In this document: piece after piece, positions 49,342 through 60,200 of the stretch | Layout of the letters: every line of letters begins with the position of its first letter | Numbering within the stretch: position 1 is the stretch's first letter | From: Neoechinorhynchus agilis | Taxonomy: Eukaryota > Animalia > Acanthocephala | Direction: 5' to 3' | Length of the DNA: 64,000 nucleotides | Assembly (NCBI GenBank): GCA_051530055.1 | Contig: CM121341.1 | Coordinates: forward strand, 3,879,761-3,943,760 | Made by a program: the position numbers and the translations under genes | Notes under the pieces: model-generated | What the model saw: the letters and a program-made list of their open reading frames with translations, nothing else | The model's database searches: none | Told to the model about the DNA's origin: nothing

Positions 49342-51425
49342 TTGTTGAAACGTTTTCTTGTGTGTTTGTCAATTGCAGAATTTAATAAATGGGATGCCCG
49401 TATAAAAAAATTAAACAAAATGATGATCTTCAATGGAAAAATGCACAAATCGGTTTACTGGGATGTTTTCCCCCGTCGTTACCGGAATAAACGATACCAA
49501 AAAATTATTAGCAATTTTTTGTTCTTAGAGCGATGCCTCTTCTTCGTGGACGGTGGTGATTGTTGAAACGTTTTCTTGTGTGTTTGTCAATTGCAGAATT
49601 TAATAAATGGGTTGCCCGTATAAAAAAATTAAACAAAATGATGATCTTCAATGGAAAAATGCACAAATCGGTTTACTGGGATGTTTTCCCCCGTCGTTAC
49701 CGGAATAAACGATACCTAAAAATTATTAGCAATTTTTTGTTCTTAGAGCGATGCCTCTTCTTCGTGGACGGTGGTGATTGTTGAAACGTTTTGTTGTGTG
49801 TTTGTCAATTGCAGAATTTAATAAATGGGTTGCCCGTATAAAAAAATTAAACAAAATGATGATCTTAATGGAAAAATTCACAAATCGGTTTACTGGGATG
49901 TTTTCCCCCGTCGTTACCGGAATAAACGATACCAAAAAATTATTAGCAATTTTTTGTTCTTAGAGCGATGCCTCTTCTTCGTGGACGGTGGTGATTGTTG
50001 AAACGTTTTCTTGTGTGTTTGTCAATTGCAGAATTTAATAAATGGGTTGCCCGTATAAAAAAATTAAACAAAATGATGATCTTCAATGGAAAAATTCACA
50101 AATCGGTTTACTGGGATGTTTTCCCCCGTCGTTACCGGAATAAACGATACCAAAAAATTATTAGCAATTTTTTGTTCTTAGAGCGATGCCTCTTCTTCGT
50201 GGACGGTGGTGATTGTTGAAACGTTTTGTTGTGTGTTTGTCAATTGCAGAATTTAATAAATGGGATGCCCGTATAAAAAAATTAAACAAAATGATGATCT
50301 TCAATGGAAAAATTCACAAATCGGTTTACTGGGATGTTTTCCCCCGTCGTTACCGGAATAAACGATACCAAAAAATTATTAGCAATTTTTTGTTCTTAGA
50401 GCGATGCCTCTTCTTCGTGGACGGTGGTGATTGTTGAAACGTTTTGTTGTGTGTTTGTCAATTGCAGAATTTAATAAATGGGTTGCCCGTATAAAAAATT
50501 AAACAAAATGATGATCTTCAATGGAAAAATTCACAAATCGGTTTACTGGGATGTTTTCCCCGTCGTTACAATACTGGGATGTTTCCCCCGTCGTTACCGG
50601 AATAAACGATACCAAAAATTATGCAATTTTTTGTTCTTAGAGCGATGCCTCTTCTTCGTGGACGGTGGTGATTGTTGAAACGTTTTCTTGTGTGTTTGTC
50701 AATTGCAGAATTTAATAAATGGGATGCCCGTATAAAAAAATTAAACAAAATGATGATCTTCAATGGAAAAATGCACAAATCGGTTTACTGGGATGTTTTC
50801 CCCCGTCGTTACCGGAATAAACGATACCAAAAAATTATTAGCAATTTGAATAAACGATACCAAAAAATTATTAGCAATTTTTTGTTCTTAGAGCGATGCC
50901 TCTTCTTCGTGGACGGTGGTGATTGTTGAAACGTTTTCTTGTGTGTTTGTCAATTGCAGAATTTAATAAATGGGATGCCCGTATAAAAAAATTAAACAAA
51001 ATGATGATCTTCAATGGAAAAATGCACAAATCGGTTTACTGGGATGTTTTCCCCCCGTCGTTACCGGAATAAACGATACCAAAAAATTATTAGCAATTTT
51101 TTGTTCTTAGAGCGATGCCTCTTCTTCGTGGACGGTGGTGATTGTTGAAACGTTTTGTTGTGTGTTTGTCAATTGCAGAATTTAATAAATGGGTTGCCCG
51201 TATAAAAAAATTAAACAAAATGATGATCTTCAATGGAAAAATTCACAAATCGGTTTACTGGGATGTTTTCCCCCGTCGTTACCGGAATAAACGATACCAA
51301 AAAATTATTAGCAATTTTTTGTTCTTAGAGCGATGCCTCTTCTTCGTGGACGGTGGTGATTGTTGAAACGTTTTGTTGTGTGTTTGTCAATTGCAGAATT
51401 TAATAAATGGGTTGCCCGTTAAAAA
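49313..51425. repeat. 218-bp tandem array (10 starts) containing a CRE-like 3' end
   Basis: CGATGCCTC at 49313, 49531, 49749, 49966, 50184, 50402, 50643, 50894, 51113 and 51331. Two units have small internal duplications (241 and 251 bp). Confidence 0.97.
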
Positions 51426-51635
51426 TTGAAATGCACGAATACCCAAATAATCAATTTTGCGCTCGAACTAGTCATCACGATGAAAGACCGTCTCGTGAAA
51501 TACACTTTCTTCCTTTTAGACGGCATTAGTCATGACTTTTGCACACGACGCCTCGATACCGCGTTTTTCCTATGTAGCTTTCTCGAGTTTTTAACTTATC
51601 CTTCGTTGTTCTTTGGAATTGTTTGTGTTTAACGT

Positions 51636-51768
51636 AAAAATCAAAAGAATTTTATTGATTCCAATATTTGGGCACAGTGTGAATAGAACACTTGCAAACA
51701 ACCTTGATAAAAAGTCGTACGAGATTATGCCTCCGAAATATTGGAATCAATAAGTTCTTTTGATTTTT
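51636..51768. repeat. Foldback (~40-bp arms) with decayed hammerhead motif, same family as 41602-41849
   Basis: acttgcaaacaa-ccTTGATAA-aaagtcgtacgagattatgcctcc-GAAA-TATT-gga. Confidence 0.75.
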
Positions 51769-51847
51769 CACAATCATTCCCAATTTTAATTTTAAAAAAA
51801 TTTATCCTTTAAAAATCACACTTGTTTTAGATATAATTTTACAAAGG

Positions 51848-52758
51848 ATGGTATTGGTATCCTCTAGTCGTATGTTCGCAATCGCTATCTTATTTTTAAT
51901 TTATGGTGGTGGAGGTAAGCGTTCGTCTCGTTTTTAATCAATCAAAATTTCGTTTAGCTTAAATCGTAACAGTTTTTAAAGGGTACACTTAAAACGTACT
52001 CAGTTCAATTCTTTTAGTTTCTCCATCTATAATTATGTCGTCGGTTTAATCCAATTTTTATTGAAGAAAAACACAAGAACTTTTAATTTATTTGCCTAAA
52101 ACTCATCCGACGATTAGAGGAGAACACCTTCCGAATAAAACTACCGTTTACCTTAAAGCACAAATTTTTCATCATTTAGGATATTTTCAATTTCTCCATC
52201 TTTAATCACGAATAAACGTTTATCGTCGTCGGTTAAATCAGCTTTGGAAATTTTAGTTTATTTGCCTAAAACTCATCCGACGATTAGAGGAGAACATTTC
52301 TCGTGTGGGTTTTAATTTTTAGCAAAGTTTTGTGATTATTTGGTATCTGGTAGACTTTTTTACGAGACAGATGAATGTTATTTATCGGTCCATTTTTAGG
52401 TTTGAACGGCAACAAACAATCTGGCGTTGAAGCACTTCAATGCTACGAATGTAACGATGATGGCCCATGTGTCGAATTTGTTAATGAAGGTCAAAACATT
52501 GGAAAGTGTACTACTCAAGTTGCATGTCGGAAAATCTCAGCTACGGTCAACGGGCGCAGATATGTGACAAGGCAATGCGCGAAGACGACTGATGGACAAG
52601 ACGGGTGCTATCGATCTCCTGGAGCTGTTCTTACAGACACTTGCACTTGCTCTTCGGAACTTTGCAATTCGTCTTTAGGACTACTTCAACGTTCTTTGAT
52701 TGCTAATGCCGTGTTCATATTCGGTAGTCTTTTTGTGTTGCTTTTTTGTCTTCAGTAG
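51848..52758 (+). CDS. GPI-anchored Ly6/uPAR three-finger protein (quiver/sleepless-like); exons 51848-51914 and 52400-52758
   Basis: Signal-peptide exon with phase-1 GTAAGC donor and TTTTTAG acceptor; LQCYEC..10 Cys..CTCSSELCN; hydrophobic C-terminal tail. Confidence 0.88.
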
Positions 52759-53344
52759 AATCGTGGATCCACCACGTGACAGTAAGAACCTTTTCATATT
52801 AAATTTTTGTTAGAGAATTTAGAGTGGATGGGGAATAGCGAGCAAATTTCCGTAGAGTTTTCCTGATGTAAATCTAGTTTTGTAGACCGATAATGAAACT
52901 GTTCAATAATATTGACCACACATTCGTATTGCTCGATCGGTGTCACAAATTCACTGAAATTAAATCGCGAAAAAGATAACCCAGCTTAAACGCGAATAAA
53001 TAATGGAGAGGTGACCAACCTGAAACCTTGTAAAATCGTAACTATTCAATTTGATCCATTTCATGAGAAGACTCGTGCTCAATCCTCCAAATGCTAATTG
53101 ATTCGGAGGAAAGAACGGAAAGCAACAACTACAAATTAAGCGACAAAAATCGCAAACTAAAACCAACTAACAGAACATAGTCAACTTATCTAAGAAAAAA
53201 TTCTTACCGAAATAATTCTCCTGCAAATTCGAGTGTTCATGAGGACTCAAAGATACATAGATCCTTTTCTTTGTTAATTAACAAATGATCGTGTTATTAT
53301 TTCAACAGAATTTCACCAATTTATTAGTTGAATATCTAACATAA

Positions 53345-53715
53345 TTATTCGCCGTCCTCAATTGCTGCCCAAATGCTTGCAGTGTTGCCTCTCAACACGG
53401 CGATGCTGATATTTTGAACCAGGTATTGACCTTGGATCGCCGGTTATAACCTGAAGGTGTCGCTTCAGATCCTTCGGAAGTTGAAGAGCCTCGCTACCAA
53501 GAGATCCGTAGTTCTCAACTCCATGGCTAAATCGAGGTATTTTGCCGTTTTCCGTCTTTCGGCAGCGCTCGCTGCACCTCCAGCTAGAACTGCCGAGAAC
53601 TTGAGATTGCTGACCGTGAGATTATCGACACAGTGGCGTCCCAGTGGAGGCATTTACCCTCCCTCCACGGAAATGCGGTCACCCCATCAGGTCTACGTCC
53701 GTCGTCCTTACAGAG
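53345..53715 (-). mobile_element. CRE-like REL fragment, third subfamily
   Basis: [60 protein letters not shown]. Confidence 0.8.
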
Positions 53716-55559
53716 GTTAGCAGGTATGTTTTTTGCTCAATTTATTTCTTCGACCTCTCTCTCGTCGTCATTGATCATCCGCTCCAAATTCAGGTGATCA
53801 CGTGGACCCGGAGTTACATGGTTCATCTTCTTTATCAAAAAATAAAACGTTTTATTATTTAGTGATTTCTTGACTGGCATCAGTAAGCCTAAAGTGCGGT
53901 CAACAAACGCCCTTTGTTCTATTCGAACTCGAATAAAATCGGACTACAAGTGATTTTGAAGACTGATAATATGACCGCGATGGATATCGTGTAGAAGATT
54001 AAACGTATTGATCGATTGGTTTTCAAGTGAGACGATTACAGACGGTGGATGATTGGGACCGGTTACAAATATGGACGTATAGTAAGACTTTGAATGGAGT
54101 TTTGAGCGCATTTATCACTCAAAAACCTTTGTTTTATTTTTAGTGCTTATTATGATTTTGAACTATTGGTTATATAGATTCTCTTCTCGACTGGATATTC
54201 CCAAAACAAACATATTTTTCGACAATTCCGCCATCAACTCGAAAACACTCAGATAATGCCACTGGGCAGCGGGGAGGGGTGGCAGTGTACAATTTGCAGT
54301 TACTCGAGATTTAAGCACCTGGAAACTCACTTCAAATTCAACGGAAATTGAAACGTCAAAGATTAATCATTTTATAATTATCATAAGAAAATCCTTCGGG
54401 ATGATAGAGTTCTGGTAGTGAGTAAAGTCCCCCACGGACCCCGCCTTATTAGTCAGCTAAATCCAACCGATGAGGGCTTCCTTCTCGAAAAATCTCCATT
54501 AAAATTAGTTTTCATTCAATTGCAATTATTCTTAAAGCTTAGCTTAAGAACAAAGTATTTTTTGATTATTTATGCTGAAAGGAAAGCAAAGTAGTATTTC
54601 ACGAGAGCATTTTGTTCAGATGAAAATGAGCTTCAGTAAGGAAACTAGAAGTTGTTTTTAGTGTGTAAACAAAACCCAAGTGAAGACGATCCACAATAAC
54701 AAAACGAGGTAAAATTTTACTACACCTCGCGATGAGTTTATCCTCTTCGTGGTCGACAAAACGAGAGCGAGAAGGTTGATTATTTTCGTTCGATCCGAAC
54801 AGAAATTGATAGCCATTATTGAAAGAAATCGAAAAACTTGTCCATCTTTTTTGTGGATTTTAGACACTCTCTTTTAAAATTTCATATCTAGTACAAAATC
54901 AGGGCTGAATTTTAAATCCTCACACTTTTTTTATTAACCTATCGATGCATTTTTCAAGTATTTCTACTTACAAATATTTGAAAAATAAATTAACTAACCA
55001 TTTTTCTACTATTCAGCGTTTAATGTTGAATTAAATCTTTTTGTTGTTGTCGTAAAAGTCGATTTAAACAAACATGAAACTTCCGATTTGTAAACGGCCT
55101 TTTATTTAGATTATGAAATGGTTCGTCTTTTTGAATCGCTGATTCTTCGATAAAAATAGTTGGCTAAAAATCGGAATATTTTGCTCAATGGATTGAAGGA
55201 TTACGTATGGAAGTCATCAAAACTTTTTAGTCCTCACAACACGAACATTTGCGGCATTACTTCGCTGAATTGCCATCCCGGGACCTCTTCTTAGAAACAA
55301 AGAACGGGATTTGTTCCGGCGACGGTAAAGAAATTCTTCCTTGGATCCGGGTATCGTGCCATTTGCCCCGTGATCCACTTAAAAAATAAACCGTCAAACG
55401 CTACTTGTAGATATTTTGGCACCCGGATTTAAATTTATGGCAAATTTAGGTGAAGTTTTATAATCTAGACAATTATTGAAATTGATTCGAAAAATTTATG
55501 GTAGCCTAATATAAACTCAAAAAAAAGGATGGCGTCAAATGTATTTTAAACAATAAGGC

Positions 55560-55810
55560 AAAATGAAAAGGAGTAATTTAAATATTTCGTCTTCTATGTT
55601 TGATTTCTTCAGAAAAATTATTAAAATAAGCGAAAAAATTGAAATCGAGTATGAAATAATAGTTTTAAAACAAAATCGATGATACGACTAATTTTTTATA
55701 CAACAAAACTTTATTTGGATATATTTCAATTTTTTAGCTTATTTTAATAACAATTCTGAAGAAATCAAACGTAGAAGACGAAATATTAAAATTAATTCTC
55801 TTCATTTCGC
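55560..55810. repeat. Foldback (~85-bp arms), each arm with a hammerhead core
   Basis: Plus: CTGAAGA(55756)-A-ATC-aaacgtagaa-GAC-GAAA-TATT-aaaa; inverted twin with its core at 55606-55612. Confidence 0.8.
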
Positions 55811-56770
55811 CGTTCTTCATAATTTATGTTAATAAGATCTTTCCTATTTTGCCACCATAAGAAAAGAAGATTTTTATTTGAGCGAATTAGTAATTATTTA
55901 ATGATCTTACAAAATGAGACCGGCGAATTTTAGTATAAATCCGCGAAAACTGGTCTTTATACCTCTCACAAAATCTTATGTTTCACGCAACCTTCTAAAA
56001 AGATCTAAATGCGCATATTCGGGTTTCTGATTTTTTTATTTAAAAGAAATAATAGACTATTCGGACTCGACTTCCTTCCTATTCACACAAGGACTATGTT
56101 TCAAACTAAAACGATTCTAATTATCTTTCTCTCCTACCTAAAATCAGGTTACTATTTTATCTAAATCTTTTTTTAACTACGGTATCTTCTTATCAACGAT
56201 TTTCTTTTAAAACTATTATTTGATACTTCAAAACTTTATTTGGATATATTTCAATTTTTTAGCTTATTTTAATAACAATTCTGAAGAAATCAAACGTAGA
56301 AGACGAAATATTAAAATTAATTCTCTTCATTTCGCCGTTCTTCATAATTTATGTTAATAAGATCTTTCCTATTTTGCCACCATAAGAAAAGAAGATTTTT
56401 ATTTGAGCAAATTAGTAATTATTTAATGATCTTACAAAATGAGACCGGCGAATTTTAGTATAAATCCGCGAAAACTGGTCTTTATACCTCTCACAAAATC
56501 TTATGTTTCACGCAACCTTCTAAAAAAAAGATCTAAATGCGCATATTCGGGTTTCTGATTTTTTTATTTAAAAGAAATAATAGACTATTCGGACTCGACT
56601 TCCTTCCTATTCACACAAGGACTATGTTTCAAACTAAAACGATTCTAATTATCTTTCTCTCCTACCTAAAATCAGGTTACTATTTTATCTAAATCTTTTT
56701 TTAACTACGGTATCTTCTTATCAACGATTTTCTTTTAAAACTATTATTTGATACTTCAAAACTTTATTTG
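55705..56770. repeat. ~525-bp tandem duplication, each unit carrying a hammerhead core
   Basis: CAAAACTTTATTTGGATATATTT at ~55705, ~56229 and ~56757; CTGAAGA at 55756 and 56281. Confidence 0.9.
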
Positions 56771-57239
56771 GATATATTTATTTTAAGTGTGTTTTTACGC
56801 TCAGATTCGATCTATATATTTTCCTCGGTACTGCGCCAAACAACATTTTCCCTCAAGTGTTTAACGTGCAATTCTCAGAAGTGCTTCATGTTTGCTCTTA
56901 TCGTGAAAAACTCTTTGGTATTCGTAGTATTGATCGAATTATTTAATTTCTATGGTTGTAGACTTGAAGACCAAAGCTGCTATTTGTTCCTGATTTCAGT
57001 TTCTGGATATCTAGTAAAAAGGTTTAGGCTCTGGGATAATAGTTTTCATCGCATGTTCCTTGAATGTAACGATAAACACCCTAATCTAGTTTGCCTTTGC
57101 GATATGATTATCACTGCTACTTGTGTGGTGCTTGCGGAATTATTCTTTTACTAGTACACTTTCTCTACGTTCCAATCAACTGCCTACCAAGCGTCACTTT
57201 TTTGGTTCTTTAGGATTTTAACATCGAAGTCAACTGCGA

Positions 57240-60200
57240 ATGCAACCGAGAATTTTACTACTTTCGCTCCTCGTGACCGCCAGTAGCTGCCTCAATGGAA
57301 TGTACGACAATTCACACGTCCACGAACTCGACTCGGGGAACTTTTATCAATTAGTTAAATCGAAAAACTCGTCATTGTGGCTTATCAAGTTTTATGCTCA
57401 TTGGTGCGGACATTGTATCGAATTTTCAAGTTTATACAAACGATTTGCACAAAGAATTTCGGGTAAGATAAAACTGAATCTAAAGACGGTTTCTGATTTC
57501 AATAACGGTTTAACGCATTTTCAAATATTTTATGCCATGTTATTTCGTTAGTAAATCATCCTCCTTTCGAAGTAAACAAATCCAATTTATTATCAGGTTA
57601 AAAGTCAATTATGAGTTCACTAAATCGAAATGGTTACCCCAATTGATTAGTTTGTGCTCTCATTTTAATTGAAATATTTCGATCTTGATCACAACCATTC
57701 GCTCTGTCTGACTCTAGGCTGGAAACCAATTGTTAATGTTGGCGCCGTGGATTGTGCAGAGGAATACAACGCCGCATTATGTAGACAATATCATGTGGAG
57801 CTCTATCCGACGTTTCGCGTAAGTTTAACAAAGCGATTTCACACAAAATTTTCTCATGAATTTCATCTTTTTGACTATATACGGGGTTGTCATTTAAAAG
57901 CTCTTTTTATCGAAATAATAAGCAATTTTGAATCCGTACATTTAATTGATCTTCGATTTATGTTCTATTGATTTTTCTAGACTTTAAATAAGCTTCATTC
58001 ATTATCGGAAATTCAAAATTTACGTTGTCGTTTGCCTTTTTTTCGTACAATCTTAGTTGATATTTATTGCTGGACATTTAGACGATTAATAAACGAGGAA
58101 TTGCTGAATCATTCCGTTTTGGTCTACACTCAAAAACAGACGAAATAAAATGCAATCTACTAAGCGCTTTAAATGGCGTTGATCAACAATATTCATCCAT
58201 GTTTGCTCCTATCAGGTAATAAGTTTATTTTAATTTGTAATAACGTTCAACGGCCGAAAATCTTTATAGTCCAGAAACATATTTGCGTTTATCGGCACAT
58301 TATAAAACATTAATAATTGTGATTGACGGCGAACGTGACTGCCTAGGAAAAATGGTATACACTGCTTTTTCCTTCACTGTTCGAAAAACGTTTTCTATCT
58401 AGATGATCATGGATTTTCGGCCAGCACGATCGAATACTCCGATTTTCCGAATGTCTTTGTTGACAGCGAAGCAACTAAGAATTGTTAGCGACGATTTCCT
58501 GAACACTGATCTTCCGATTGTTGTCCATATTCACGAAAAAAACCCGACTAAAATCGAACCAAGGCTTGTGTTCTTAAATGGAGATAGAACCAATACGCTT
58601 TATGAGAAGTTTGAAGCCGGTATTGAGCATCAACTTCATGTTGGAGTTCATGAAACCATATCCACCACACCACATCCACAAAAAAAACGAGCAAGGGTAT
58701 TGAAAAAATCAAGGTATTTACAGGTGGATATGTGGGTTTCGAAACCTTTTCCTAATATAAGAGACTTTATCGCAATGTAAACTAAGGATAACCGGGATTA
58801 TTGTTTAGAAGTATTCACCCGGTAAATAATTTTATTCGATTAAAAACGTTTTTAACCTCTTCGCGTTCATCATCAGTTTCCTAGTTAGTAATGGACGGTT
58901 CGCAGAACGTTTTTTATCGAAAAAATTATTTACCGCGGGTGTAGACTTCCAAACAATAATTCTCAAATCATATTGCCCAGTACCTCTAGTCTCACATATC
59001 GACAATTTAAAGATAACCGTTTATTTCCTGCTCATCCGGTGCACCCATCTAAAAATTAAATCTTCCACACTAATATCCAATCAGGACTAATTATACTCAT
59101 TATGTCGGGTTACTCTTACCAAAATTTTCAGACAAGTTTTAAGGGTGACTTTTTTACAGTCGATTGAGGTTACCAATCTTGTCTTATTAGCTAAATACCA
59201 AGCTTTTCAGCACTTTATTTCGGCTTACTCTAACCAAAATTATCAGACAAGCTTTTAGGGTGACTTTTTTACAATCGATTGAGGCTACCAATCTTGTCTT
59301 ATTAGCTAAATACCAAGATTCTCAGCACTTTATTTCGGGTTACTCTAACCAAAATTATCAGACAAGTTTTAAGGGTTACTTTTTTTACAATCGATTAAGG
59401 TTACCAATCTTGTATTATTAGCTAAATACCAAGCTTTTCAGCACTTTATTTCGGGTTACTCCAACCAAAATTATCTTGCAAGTTTTAAGGGTTACTTTTT
59501 ACAATCGATTGAGGTTACCAATCTTGTCTTATTAGCTAAATACCAAGCTTTTCAGCACTTTATTTCGGGTTACTCCAACCAAAATTATCTTTCAAGTTTT
59601 AAGGGTTACTTTTTTACAATCGATTAAGGTTACCAATCTTGTCTTATTAGCTAAATACCAAGCTTTTCAGCACTTTATTTCGGGTTACTCTAACCAAAAT
59701 TATCTTTCAAGTTTTAAGGGTGACTTTTTTACAATCGATTGAGGTTACCAATCTTGTCTTATTAGCTAAATACCAAGCTTTTCAGCACTTTATTTCGGGT
59801 TACTCTAACCAAAATTATCAGACAAGCTTTTAGGGTGACTTTTTTACAATCGATTGAGGTTACCAATCTTGTCTTGTTAGCTAAATACCAAGCTTTTCAG
59901 CACTTTATTTCGGGTTACTCTAACCAAAATTATCAGACAAGTTTTAAGGGTGACTTTTTTACAATCGATTGAGGTTACCAATCTTGTCTTATTAGCTAAA
60001 TACCAAGCTTTTCAGACTTTATTTCGGGTTACTCTAACCAAAATTATCTTTCAAGTTTTAAGGGTTACTTTTTTACAATCGATTGAGGTTACCAATCTTG
60101 TCTTATTAGCTAAATACCAAGCTTTTCAGCACTTTATTTCGGGTTACTCTAACCAAAATTATCTTACAAGTTTTAAGGGTGACTTTTTTACAATCGATTG

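Noticed and set aside
49410-49530. Spacer of the 218-bp unit as a spliced-leader, snRNA or snoRNA gene (AATTTTTTG Sm-like site, ATGATGA C-box-like); attractive because trypanosome CRE elements target SL arrays
   Set aside because: No recognisable SL exon or donor and no D box; both motifs are expected by chance in AT-rich DNA.
49342-51366. Repeated 74-aa ORFs (LKRFLVCLSIAEFNKW..)
   Set aside because: By-product of the 218-bp unit: TTG starts, and they overlap a retrotransposon stop codon and 3'UTR in another frame.
55250-55390. SGDGKEILPWI resembling the PIF1/Helitron helicase GDxxQILP motif
   Set aside because: Single weak motif, no open frame or other helicase motifs.
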